Shown piece by piece: positions 45,084 through 54,127 of a stretch of DNA of 64,000 nt. Made by a program: the position numbers and the translations under genes. Where the stretch lies: positions 186,001 through 250,000 of IMG/VR virus record IMGVR_UViG_3300017917_001123, one strand, 5' to 3'. Under the pieces are notes generated by a model. That model worked only from the letters and a program-made list of their open reading frames with translations, made no database searches and was not told where the DNA came from. Every line of letters starts with the position of its first letter. Positions within the stretch are counted from its first letter, which is position 1.

Positions 45084-45098
45084 ATTAGCTTTCAACAT
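44892..45098 (-). CDS. Small putative lipoprotein
   Basis: Hydrophobic stretch plus LSGC lipobox. Confidence 0.55.
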   Translation of the reverse strand: MLKANTPLFLHACRSLIVIFAMVSLSGCITTRGCYGRDYCLERDGPRQYIRAPDGWGGKYCLQNPTEC

Positions 45099-45222
45099 AT
45101 ACTAAGAGATCTCCGTACTGTGACCGAGCTATAACAAGCGCATCATTATATGATTCAGCCAGTACGCCCACTCTAGTAGTGCCCCCGAACTGACTCTTTA
45201 CTGTAGCTGTGTATGTTTTCAT
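45085..45222 (-). CDS. Small early protein
   Basis: 45 aa behind the promoter at 45232-45260. Confidence 0.6.
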   Translation of the reverse strand: MKTYTATVKSQFGGTTRVGVLAESYNDALVIARSQYGDLLVYVES

Positions 45223-45267
45223 AGTGTATATAGTATAGCACCACCGCATGGTTTTGTCAATGATCAA

Positions 45268-45380
45268 TGGTAAAAACGGTGGAAAAAGGTGGTGAAAATG
45301 GTGGGGAAAGGTGGTAAAATTCAGGGATTTTGGGGCAGTTTTTGTGGCTTTTCAGCGATTTTTAGGCTAAAAAATTTTGG
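45268..45380 (+). repeat. Five ~10-12 bp GGTGG(T)AAAA-like units followed by phased T tracts
   Basis: tggtaaaaac ggtggaaaaa ggtggtgaaaat ggtggggaaa ggtggtaaaat. Confidence 0.75.
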
Positions 45381-45480
45381 ATCAGGGTGGGGGTGACAGG
45401 CATTACTGCAATACTTTCTACTGTTTTTCACAGTTTCCTGACTGTATTACCAGGCCCCCTAGAGCCTAATACCATTGTGC

Positions 45481-45741
45481 TTACACGTAGTAAGTGCCCA
45501 TGATGTTCTCTACACAGTTGCTGAACTGTAGTAGGAATAGTGTTTGAAGTTTGCTGTTAGTAGGTAATTCCACTACCCACGCTATGTTTGAGTATGTTAT
45601 TCGTGTCTTATAGCAGTCCACTCCGATCTGCTGACAGTATAGAAAAATGTCATCTAGTCTACTGTTGATTCTGTATAGAGTGGTTTTTCTGACGGAAGTG
45701 CTTGAGTTTGTTTTTGACATGGACACGTACAGCAGAGTCAT
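45481..45741 (-). CDS. Hypothetical protein (start uncertain)
   Basis: ORF ending TLFLLQFS... Confidence 0.5.
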   Translation of the reverse strand: MTLLYVSMSKTNSSTSVRKTTLYRINSRLDDIFLYCQQIGVDCYKTRITYSNIAWVVELPTNSKLQTLFLLQFSNCVENIMGTYYV

Positions 45742-46090
45742 TACGCATAAGATCTACTATAACACCTATTAAGAACCCGACCATCCACGCATAGGCCAGA
45801 GCACGTACACGGTACTTCTTATTGGTAATTGTGCACATTTCCTGCCATAACCATTCGTGTTCCGGGTCTTTATATACGGGCTGGTTCATCTGTTTAATTG
45901 TGCTTTACATATAGCACGTATTTGCCCCAACGCTCTTTGGCCATCATTTGTGCTTCTAGATAGCTACTGGCTTCCACTGTCTGCGTCCAGTTTTGTGTGG
46001 GCTGTGCTGGATTGTTTAGGACTACTGTATAAGTCATTGGTCTGCTCCAAAATGCTTGTATATGCTATTTAGTGGTGGTTAAATATCCGC

Positions 46091-46549
46091 ATGAGTCAAG
46101 ATAACAGTCAACCATTTTGGAAATCTATACGTGGTGTAGGCCGTCCCGGAACACATCGTCCTTTGTGGGAAGTAGAGTCTAAATCGGTTCCCTATAAAGA
46201 ATACGATGATCTTGAAGTCCGTCCCGCAGAGCATATTCCCGTGCCCGCTCCCATACATCAACGCTGTGGGCTCCCAGCAGATCGTGATTGGCCCAATCGT
46301 TGGTGGTGTCACTTCTGCTGGGAAGAAGTAAAAGCACCCATTAATCCCAATGCTATGATACCCAAGGCTGCAGTACCTGAGGGTGGACTATTGGAACCCA
46401 CATTGTCGGATCCCCGAGGGGAAACTATCTGTCCTAAGTGTGCTCAGAGTCGCAGACCTCGAGCGGATAATCGGGGTTGGGAATGTGGTTGTGGGGAAAC
46501 ATGGAATCCCGAGGGTGTGCGTCGTGTATCGCCGACTAATGGTTTTTAA
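46091..46549 (+). CDS. Cys/His-rich Zn-ribbon protein
   Basis: HQRCG, CHFC, CPKC, CGCG. TAAATA-N5-ATG start. Confidence 0.65.
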   Translation: MSQDNSQPFWKSIRGVGRPGTHRPLWEVESKSVPYKEYDDLEVRPAEHIPVPAPIHQRCGLPADRDWPNRWWCHFCWEEVKAPINPNAMIPKAAVPEGGLLEPTLSDPRGETICPKCAQSRRPRADNRGWECGCGETWNPEGVRRVSPTNGF

Positions 46550-46563
46550 AAGAGAGAATTATA

Positions 46564-47193
46564 ATGAGTTTTAATGGTAATCCAAATATTGAACAGCATC
46601 GTCTAAAGCCCCAGGGCGAACGCTACTACTATTCTAGTACTGAGTGGTTTTTTAACCTACAGGATCTAGATCGTTTGCGGGGTCTAGTGGGGCAGTTAGA
46701 AGCTGGTACTGTTCGCGCCTCGCATGAGCCGCAGAGTGTACAGCCTGAACTTAGATCTAGTATGGTTTCGTTTATCGAACCTACTGCGGATTCTGGTTGG
46801 CTATACGAAAAGATTGGGGAAGCTATACGTTTCCATAATCAGACCTACTATGGCTACGATATCACGGGTATTGAGCATCTACAGTTTACCGAATACCCTG
46901 CGGGCGAAGGCTTCTATAAGCCGCATATGGACTGGGGTTCTGGTATGGTTATGGGCCGCGGCGATCTTTGCCGTAAGCTATCCTTTAGCATACAGTTATC
47001 TAATCCTGATAGCTACGAAGGTGGCGACTTCCGTATTCTTAATGGGCAGGACTTTACGCAACAAAGTGAAAAATTACGGCAGTTTGGTACTATCGTTGTA
47101 TTCCCTAGCTGGATCCTACACGAAGTTACTCCTGTAACACGGGGTACTCGTCGAAGCCTAGTTGGCTGGTGTGTGGGTCCGGATTTCCGTTAA
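46564..47193 (+). CDS. 2OG-Fe(II) oxygenase (prolyl-hydroxylase/PiuC-like)
   Basis: HMD, RKLSFSIQL, YEGG, HEVTPVTRGTRRSLVGW motifs. Confidence 0.92.
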   Translation: MSFNGNPNIEQHRLKPQGERYYYSSTEWFFNLQDLDRLRGLVGQLEAGTVRASHEPQSVQPELRSSMVSFIEPTADSGWLYEKIGEAIRFHNQTYYGYDITGIEHLQFTEYPAGEGFYKPHMDWGSGMVMGRGDLCRKLSFSIQLSNPDSYEGGDFRILNGQDFTQQSEKLRQFGTIVVFPSWILHEVTPVTRGTRRSLVGWCVGPDFR

Positions 47194-47265
47194 AATTTTG
47201 TCTACCCCGATTTTTCTTTTGCAAGCCGCTTCGCGGAAGAGGGTTGGGTATAACGGAGTGGTAAA

Positions 47266-47823
47266 TTGACCCTGAAAATTGCTCAAAGCCTATTTGATCT
47301 TGTAGAAGGTTCTGTGCTAGAGCTGGGCTCGCATGACGGGTCGTGGTTTACCCAGTATCTAGTTGATCGTGCTGGTAGTGTCTGCTGTATAGAGCTAGAT
47401 GGTATTGCCCTAGCCCGTGTACGTGAACAATGGCCTAGAGTGCGCTGTCTACAAGCAGACTTTCATCAGGCTGTTTCGGGAGTGGGTTGTTACGATAACG
47501 TAGTTCTCTTTGGTGTGTTAGGTCATACCCCCAACCCACTGGGCTTGTTAGAAGATATTGTACACTATGTCAAACCCCGGCGTATATTCCTAGAAGCAGA
47601 GCCCGGAGGTGTTGTGCGTTGCGTTAGGGAGGGTGTTAATCAACCCGGACAGCGTCAAAGTCGTAGGGCTACCTGTGGACTCAGCATACAGTTAGGCACA
47701 CGCATATATACGGATGCTCTGGCTAATTTGGGCTACAAGCCCATTAGGACTTATAGGGAGTCAGAGGGCATCAAACAAGGATTAGAATACACAGTCTATG
47801 ATCTACACACAACAAGCACGTAG
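47266..47823 (+). CDS. Class I SAM-dependent methyltransferase
   Basis: VLELGSHDG, IE, YDNVVLFGVLGH motifs. Confidence 0.75.
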   Translation: MTLKIAQSLFDLVEGSVLELGSHDGSWFTQYLVDRAGSVCCIELDGIALARVREQWPRVRCLQADFHQAVSGVGCYDNVVLFGVLGHTPNPLGLLEDIVHYVKPRRIFLEAEPGGVVRCVREGVNQPGQRQSRRATCGLSIQLGTRIYTDALANLGYKPIRTYRESEGIKQGLEYTVYDLHTTST

Positions 47824-48934
47824 CATTCCGCCCTATACAAATACCCAGGCCTACGATAAGTTTACTAGGTTGGACAATCAGCCCGTGTTTCTCTACGATG
47901 AGTTGGACAGTACCGTACACGGAGTAGAGCCCGTAGATGCTTTCAATGAGCAGGTATGGGCAGAACTAAGGGTAAATCCTGAAGCCCGACTCTTGATCAA
48001 CTTCCCCGGGGACTTTCTAAATCTACACGATATATCTAAACTAAAGCTGGCCCAAGAGCAACACTCTATACCCGCAGATCGTATCTGGGTCATAGTCATG
48101 GACGCTAACGTTGTGGACTTTGTGGAACAGCGTTGGCAGGGTGTTAGGGTCTGTGCCTATAACTTATTGTTGGCTAGAATACAGATACCACACGTTGGTA
48201 ATCCAGGCGATCAGCGTTTCAGTGTCCTGAGCCGTAACTATAGACCCTGGCGTTTAGAGTTTTACCTACATCTGCTCAAGGCAGGGGTGCTGGATCGCAC
48301 GGTCTACAGCTTTCACAACATAGACCCTTACCTTACTGGCAAAAGCATCTACACCGCAGAAGATCTCTACAACGATGCTCGCAATGCGGGCTTTGACATC
48401 AAGGACAGCCAACTTAGAAACTGGTTTGCGGGCATACCCTACGATCTACCCAACAGCAATAAGTTCAACAAACATCACAATGCTACCTACGATGCTATCC
48501 GTCGTGCGGGGGTACACCTGTTAATTGAAAGCCATTTTGATCCCTACATTTACTGGCCCAGCTACAGGCATATGGACCCTCGTGAGTTTAGCCCAGGATT
48601 CCCTACAGAAAAGACCTACAAGGCCATGGCCTGTGCTCGTCCATTTATTGCTGTGACCACACCTTACTTCTTAGAAAGTGTTAGGGCTCTGGGCTTTAAA
48701 ACATTCAGCCCTTGGATAGACGAAAGCTATGATACTATTGTAGATAACCGGGCTCGTATGCGGGCCATTGCTGATGAAGTAGCCAGACTAAACAGCCTAG
48801 ACCCAGAAGAGTTTCAGACCCTGTTCTATAATCTAAGCTCTGTAATTCTACACAATTATAATTGGGTACAAGAACTACAACGCAGAAACACCCTGCCCGA
48901 TAACTGGGCCTGGCTCAAGGAACACATAGAATGA
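47798..48934 (+). CDS. Glycosyltransferase-like protein (GT10-like C-terminus)
   Basis: IES...FPTEKTYKAM...PFI...GFKTFSPWIDESYD...HNY. Confidence 0.6.
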   Translation: MIYTQQARSIPPYTNTQAYDKFTRLDNQPVFLYDELDSTVHGVEPVDAFNEQVWAELRVNPEARLLINFPGDFLNLHDISKLKLAQEQHSIPADRIWVIVMDANVVDFVEQRWQGVRVCAYNLLLARIQIPHVGNPGDQRFSVLSRNYRPWRLEFYLHLLKAGVLDRTVYSFHNIDPYLTGKSIYTAEDLYNDARNAGFDIKDSQLRNWFAGIPYDLPNSNKFNKHHNATYDAIRRAGVHLLIESHFDPYIYWPSYRHMDPREFSPGFPTEKTYKAMACARPFIAVTTPYFLESVRALGFKTFSPWIDESYDTIVDNRARMRAIADEVARLNSLDPEEFQTLFYNLSSVILHNYNWVQELQRRNTLPDNWAWLKEHIE

Positions 48935-49683
48935 AACTAGCACAAGAGCTCTACGAATACTTTAATACCCTACACGTCAAATACCCACCCAAGGAGTATA
49001 GGGTAGATTGGCAAGAAGGTAAACCCGTACCCTACCTAGTTATAGATAACTTCTTACCTGATCATATCTACAGGGCCGCACAGGCAGAGATAAAAGATAT
49101 ACCCCCACATCAATGGACACAGTTCACACGTAGGGGTAGCCTAATGAATGAGTGTAAAAATCTAGCAGGTGCGCCCATACTACAGACCTTAACCCACTGC
49201 TTTAATAGCGGTGTGTTCTTAGATTGGCTAGAGGGCTTTACAGGCTTAGAACGTGTTATATCGGATCCACGACTTGTGGGTGCGGGCTTGAGCACATGCC
49301 AACCCGGGCATAGCCTAAAGCTACACACAGACTTTAACTGGAACGAACAGCTACATCTTAATAGGGCTATGAGCCTTATTCTATACCTAGCCCCTGAATG
49401 GGACCCTGCTTGGGGTGGGGGACTAGAGTTCTGGGACTTTGAGCGTACCCAATGTGTTAGCAAAGTGGACTGTTTGCCTAATCGCTTGTTGTTGTGGCTA
49501 TATGACGAGCGCCTAATACACGGCTACCCAGAGCCTATTCAATGCCCCCAAGGGCATCAACGTGAAAACCTGCGCTTGTTCTACTACAAGAGTAACAGCA
49601 CCCCCGAGAGCCAGCCACATCGCTCACTGTACTGGTGGGACGAGGCCCTAAAGGCCCCGTACGATGTTAGAACTGAAAAGTAA
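48931..49683 (+). CDS. 2OG-Fe(II) oxygenase (Oxy_3-like)
   Basis: LHTDFN, WGGGLEFW, NRL, HGYP...R motifs. Confidence 0.9.
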   Translation: MKLAQELYEYFNTLHVKYPPKEYRVDWQEGKPVPYLVIDNFLPDHIYRAAQAEIKDIPPHQWTQFTRRGSLMNECKNLAGAPILQTLTHCFNSGVFLDWLEGFTGLERVISDPRLVGAGLSTCQPGHSLKLHTDFNWNEQLHLNRAMSLILYLAPEWDPAWGGGLEFWDFERTQCVSKVDCLPNRLLLWLYDERLIHGYPEPIQCPQGHQRENLRLFYYKSNSTPESQPHRSLYWWDEALKAPYDVRTEK

Positions 49684-50511
49684 TTAGAATGTGCCGTTGT
49701 TAGCACGTTCCGCTAGAACAAAAGGATTATTCCATTGCTGTAGTTCTGGAATGCTCTGTACTAGATAGGGCTTGTTAAGGGCTTGAGCAATAGCACAGAC
49801 CCAACCGTTTGGTGTACAGATAGTTTGGTTCATACCACTGATCCACTGTGCTAGTTCTCCAGGGTGATCTACTTCTACGTGGCTAGTTTGAATTTTAGTT
49901 ACATTCTTGAACTCTTGATATTCGGACTTTGTGCCTACAAATACGCTGACAGCACCTACGTTCTGTTGGGCCCATTGACTGTAGACATCTCTATCTTCCC
50001 ACCCAGAACCGGCAAACACAACACCCTTGCCCTGCGGGCGTCCTGGAATAGCAGGAATGTCTAGCCAGCTGTTCATACGGATCTGTTGCCACTTGGTCCA
50101 GTGAACATGCGTTACTTTACCAAAGCGATCCATGGGATGCATGTTAAAGCGATTGTCCATGTCTATAGTATAATCAATCTTATCTAAGTCATGATCTACA
50201 ATTTCGCCTGCCCATACATTCACACTCTTAACCCACTTTTGGTTTTGTACCAATGAGCAGATAACATCAAAGTCATCTTGATTTAGACGACCCTGCCATT
50301 CCGGTGTAGCGTACTGCCCTTTGTAGTATAGGGTCTTTGGCGGAATCAACCCTAGGGCAATATAAACATGCCCACCCCCAAGTGCTTTGACATAGGCCAT
50401 TGCTTGGATTACTTCAATGGGTGTTCCAGAAATCTTAAATGTAGTTTCCCCGTAAGCGTGTTCAGGGTTGAACAAGGGGTTTGCGCTGTGATCGGTATGT
50501 TCTAGTTTCAT
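49684..50511 (-). CDS. Degenerate GT9-like protein, paralog of 28667..29494
   Basis: Shared LGGG, GRL.Q.DF, VW.GE, VFVGTK.E, ELA..I.G, AIAQ.L. Confidence 0.65.
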   Translation of the reverse strand: MKLEHTDHSANPLFNPEHAYGETTFKISGTPIEVIQAMAYVKALGGGHVYIALGLIPPKTLYYKGQYATPEWQGRLNQDDFDVICSLVQNQKWVKSVNVWAGEIVDHDLDKIDYTIDMDNRFNMHPMDRFGKVTHVHWTKWQQIRMNSWLDIPAIPGRPQGKGVVFAGSGWEDRDVYSQWAQQNVGAVSVFVGTKSEYQEFKNVTKIQTSHVEVDHPGELAQWISGMNQTICTPNGWVCAIAQALNKPYLVQSIPELQQWNNPFVLAERANNGTF

Positions 50512-50536
50512 ATGGATATTTAACTTGGTATATAAC

Positions 50537-50565
50537 TTGACAGAAAATTTTCTGCCTCGTATAAT
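50537..50565 (+). promoter_or_regulatory. Consensus sigma70 promoter
   Basis: TTGACA-17-TATAAT. Confidence 0.85.
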
Positions 50566-50600
50566 TCTAACATAACTATTATAAAGGAGTCAAACTTAAT

Positions 50601-50795
50601 ATGTTAAAACCAGGTCCAAACTACAGGATGAGCGCACAGGCAAAACGTTTTCTTGCTACCATCATCGATCCGCACAAACGTGGCGAGTTTAAACGTGCTA
50701 CTATTCAAGCAGAATTAGCCGCTCAACTTCAACCTAAGCGTGAGAAAAAACCACGTAATGGTAACTTCGTCCAAGACAGTAGCGCAGACGAATAA
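50601..50795 (+). CDS. Small basic protein
   Basis: AGGAG RBS after a consensus promoter. Confidence 0.7.
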   Translation: MLKPGPNYRMSAQAKRFLATIIDPHKRGEFKRATIQAELAAQLQPKREKKPRNGNFVQDSSADE

Positions 50796-50951
50796 AACCC
50801 GTTATAATAGAGTGAATGGCCAAAAATGACCGTTTTTGGCCTATTATTTTGCCCGATATTAAAATAGGGCACTAACTAAAACTACGCTCTTTAAATTTTT
50901 GGAGTTTACACACACTGACAGCGTAAAAATAACTTAAAGGAGGACAGCGAC

Positions 50952-51623
50952 ATGTCTAAAATACACAGAGTTTTTACTGTGCTATTAGCATTAGCGGCCC
51001 TGACCGTAACGGTACCCGGTCAAGCCGAGACCCCGACTCAAGAGGGTCAATATTTTGTAGTCTCAGAAGTTAGCGATAGACTACAATCTTTTGTATCATC
51101 GATAACACAACCTGTTATCAACGTAAAAGACCTAACATGTCTTGCTCGTAACATTTTCTTCGAAGCGGCGAATGAGCCTGAAGAAGGTAAAGTAGCAGTT
51201 GGTCTAGTCACATTGAATAGAGTACAAGACGGACGTTTTGGTAATTCTATTTGCGGTGTAGTAGATCAGCGTTCTACAAGAGTAGTCGAACGTGAGAATA
51301 CCCGTGTTGTTAAAACAGTATGGGGTACTAAGACAGAGAAGTTTACAGTCTTAGAAAAGATCACGACATGCCAATTTAGTTGGCGTTGTATGTCTACTAG
51401 AAATCCCAAACCTCATGATGAAAGATGGCTTGAAAGTCAAGAAATAGCACGAAACTTGCTTGCCAGCAAATACACCTACGAGGATTGGAGATACAAATAT
51501 GCTGAAGCTTTATATTTCCACGCAACCGGTATTCGCCCTTCTTGGGCAAAACAAAAGGAACACGTAGGTCGTATAGGCGGGCATAAATTTTACGCAGAAA
51601 AGGAGAAGCTTGTCAGTTTCTAA
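50952..51623 (+). CDS. Cell wall hydrolase (SleB/Hydrolase_2 family), second copy
   Basis: Signal peptide. CLARNIFFEA, AVGLVTLNR, CQFSW, IGGHKFY motifs. Confidence 0.9.
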   Translation: MSKIHRVFTVLLALAALTVTVPGQAETPTQEGQYFVVSEVSDRLQSFVSSITQPVINVKDLTCLARNIFFEAANEPEEGKVAVGLVTLNRVQDGRFGNSICGVVDQRSTRVVERENTRVVKTVWGTKTEKFTVLEKITTCQFSWRCMSTRNPKPHDERWLESQEIARNLLASKYTYEDWRYKYAEALYFHATGIRPSWAKQKEHVGRIGGHKFYAEKEKLVSF

Positions 51624-51634
51624 TAAATACTGAC

Positions 51635-51847
51635 ATGAGAGCACATGAATTCATTACTGAAAAAACAGACCCAAAACTTTGTCGTTCTACCAAACGTCTT
51701 GGAAGAAGCGACCAGAGTAGTTGCGTGTCTCAGGGATTACGTCCACACCATAGTGGTAAAACTTTTAGAGGTCAGCCTATCAAGCACAAAAAGATAAAAG
51801 GCTCTAAGTATGGTGGACCACTTCCCGATTATGACGGTAAAGAGTAA
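51635..51847 (+). CDS. Small basic late protein with MRAHEFITE leader
   Basis: TAAATA-N5-ATG start. Capsid-targeting-like N-terminus. Confidence 0.65.
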   Translation: MRAHEFITEKTDPKLCRSTKRLGRSDQSSCVSQGLRPHHSGKTFRGQPIKHKKIKGSKYGGPLPDYDGKE

Positions 51848-51892
51848 ACCATAAAACGTTTTTAACCACTTGGCCCCCGGCTAATTAAGATT

Positions 51893-52651
51893 ATGAAAAT
51901 AGTTTTAGTTACCGGGGGTTTCGACCCTATACACTCTGGACACATTGAATATCTTGAAGCCGCAAAGGAATTGGGCGATGAGTTAGTTGTCGGACTTAAC
52001 TCCGATGAATGGTTAGAACGTAAAAAGGGCAGAGCATTTATGCCCTTTGAAGAACGTCAAGCCATTATGCTTAGTATCAGACCAGTCAACTGGGTAATCA
52101 ACTTTGATGACGAAGACGGCTCTGCTAGATTTGCTATCCATGCGGTCCGTGAAAAGTTTCCGGATGCTACAATTATTTTTGCCAACGGCGGAGACCGCAC
52201 AGAAGATAATATTCCTGAAATGGATGTCGAAGATGACAATATTGAATTTGTATTTGGTGTTGGTGGCAAAAACAAAAAGAACTCTAGCAGTTGGATATTA
52301 GAAGAATGGAAGGCACCTAAAACAGAACGTCCTTGGGGATACTATCGTGTATTACATGAAGTACCTGGTACTAAGGTTAAAGAGTTAACAATTGAGCCTG
52401 GGCAGAGTTTGAGTATGCAACGCCATGCCGATCGAGCAGAGTTTTGGTTAGTAACAGAAGGGCAATGTGAAGTACGTCAACAGATGTCTAGTGGATACAC
52501 CATTCCGCCTGTTGTATTACAAACACACGACGGTATAGAAATATCAAAAGGCGAATGGCATCAACTAGTGAACCCTTTTAAGAAACCATGTCGCATTGTT
52601 GAAATACAATTTGGCGATCGATGTGTGGAAGAAGATATCGAGAGGAAGTAA
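51893..52651 (+). CDS. Cytidylyl/adenylyltransferase (HxGH) fused to type II phosphomannose-isomerase cupin
   Basis: GGFDPIHSGH, GLNSD, NGGDR, then ERPWG, SMQRH..RAEFW, IVEIQFG..EEDIER. Confidence 0.9.
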   Translation: MKIVLVTGGFDPIHSGHIEYLEAAKELGDELVVGLNSDEWLERKKGRAFMPFEERQAIMLSIRPVNWVINFDDEDGSARFAIHAVREKFPDATIIFANGGDRTEDNIPEMDVEDDNIEFVFGVGGKNKKNSSSWILEEWKAPKTERPWGYYRVLHEVPGTKVKELTIEPGQSLSMQRHADRAEFWLVTEGQCEVRQQMSSGYTIPPVVLQTHDGIEISKGEWHQLVNPFKKPCRIVEIQFGDRCVEEDIERK

Positions 52652-53544
52652 TGTATAAGTTTATCGATCCAAAGATTAACTCAGGCGACAAACTTATTAT
52701 TGGAATTGGCGACAGTTACACACAGGGTATTGGTGCTTACACAGATGCTACTTGGAAGAAACACAATGGCCGTATTCCTGTATATACTAGCGATAAAGAT
52801 CTAATTAAAGAGCAGTACGAAGGAAGTTGGGTCAATCAAATACAATCTTTGATGCCGGGTTGGAAAGGCCTTAACTTAGGTGTAGCAGGAACAGGCAATC
52901 GTTCGGCATTGAAAGAATTATACTTCCATGAACCAACGATAGCAAAAGCTAGCGAAGCCGTTGTTGTTTATCTGTTAAGTGGGTTTGAACGTTTTGATTT
53001 TATCTCAAAAGAGTTTGTCAGCGAACACGCACACTTTGAAGCTATGTGGCCAAACTATTGGGATACAGGCTGTAAAGTTCCTGAGCTGTGGAAAGCCTAT
53101 GCTGACCATGTACACTCAGATAGATTTATGGCCGGCGAGGCAATGTTAAACATTTTAGAAGCACAGATGTACTGCCAAGCTAAGGGATTTAAACTCTTGG
53201 TCATTAGCGCATTTGATACTCGCTTTCAACGTAGATGGTTTGATAGAAATTTAGTACAAGGTCTGTTTAATCTAAAGCCAACAGGAACAAACATAGACTT
53301 TATAGATCAGTTTGATTGGTCACAGGCAGTATATCCACAAGGGTGTTCTACAATTATTCATTTGTTAACTAGACTAGAAGGACACGATGATTCTATGGCC
53401 GAAGGCAGATTCTACGGTCATTATAGTAAATTGGATTTTCCATCAGAATATATCACCACTTGTGTTCACCCAACCCGCAAAGGTCATGCTATAATAGCAG
53501 AAGAAGTTGTAAAAGCAATTAAAGAACGCGGCTATGAAAATTGA
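52651..53544 (+). CDS. SGNH/GDSL hydrolase-like protein
   Basis: IGDSYT, NLGVAGTGN, HPTRKGH motifs. Confidence 0.75.
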   Translation: MYKFIDPKINSGDKLIIGIGDSYTQGIGAYTDATWKKHNGRIPVYTSDKDLIKEQYEGSWVNQIQSLMPGWKGLNLGVAGTGNRSALKELYFHEPTIAKASEAVVVYLLSGFERFDFISKEFVSEHAHFEAMWPNYWDTGCKVPELWKAYADHVHSDRFMAGEAMLNILEAQMYCQAKGFKLLVISAFDTRFQRRWFDRNLVQGLFNLKPTGTNIDFIDQFDWSQAVYPQGCSTIIHLLTRLEGHDDSMAEGRFYGHYSKLDFPSEYITTCVHPTRKGHAIIAEEVVKAIKERGYEN

Positions 53545-54127
53545 TACTGAACACTTACATTATTGGATGATGGCTATTAGACAAAGTCCAGATCCTATTC
53601 GTACAATGGATGCCTTTTGGCAAGGACAAATGAAAAGCAAGGAATGGCTTGTTGATGAACTCCGTGCTTCTGTCAACAGTCCTGTGAGCATTGACATACA
53701 CGGCGGCTGGGTAGGGGTCTTAGCAAGTATGATATTCCAAAGCGATATCATTACCAAACACATTCGTAGTGTTGATATTGATCCTACATGCGAGCCTATT
53801 GCTACAATGATGAATAAAGGCGAAGAGATAGTAGGTAAGTTCCGTGCTGTTACCGCCGACATGTGTGCTATCCGTAGCGATGCTGATGTTGTTATTAATA
53901 CAAGTTGTGAACACATTACACAAGAACAATTTGACTTTTGGAAGACTGGCATTCCTCACAATAGTCTTGTTGTACTACAGAGCAACAATTACAATATACC
54001 AGAACATGTTCGTATTGCTAATAGCCTAGATGAGTTTAACAAACAATGCGACCTACGTATTGTTTATTACAAAGGCGAACTTAAACTGCCCAACTATACT
54101 AGATACATGATTATTGGTTACGCATGA
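53534..54127 (+). CDS. SAM-dependent methyltransferase-like protein
   Basis: IHGGWVG, VDID, VINTSCEH, RYMIIG motifs. Confidence 0.7.
   Translation: MKIDTEHLHYWMMAIRQSPDPIRTMDAFWQGQMKSKEWLVDELRASVNSPVSIDIHGGWVGVLASMIFQSDIITKHIRSVDIDPTCEPIATMMNKGEEIVGKFRAVTADMCAIRSDADVVINTSCEHITQEQFDFWKTGIPHNSLVVLQSNNYNIPEHVRIANSLDEFNKQCDLRIVYYKGELKLPNYTRYMIIGYA

Larger units (their letters stand above)
32651..45260 (-). repeat. Dispersed array of 20 minus-strand early sigma70 promoter cassettes
   Basis: + strand A(G/T)TATA-17bp-TGTCAA with -10 starting at 32651, 33186, 33467, 34168, 34518, 34978, 36137, 36940, 37385, 38174, 38414, 38864, 39314, 39679, 41158, 41658, 42136, 42891, 43276, 45232. The -35 is a variant at 34978 and 36137. 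Most have TTTACC in the spacer, an ACACAC leader and an AGGAG RBS. Confidence 0.92.
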
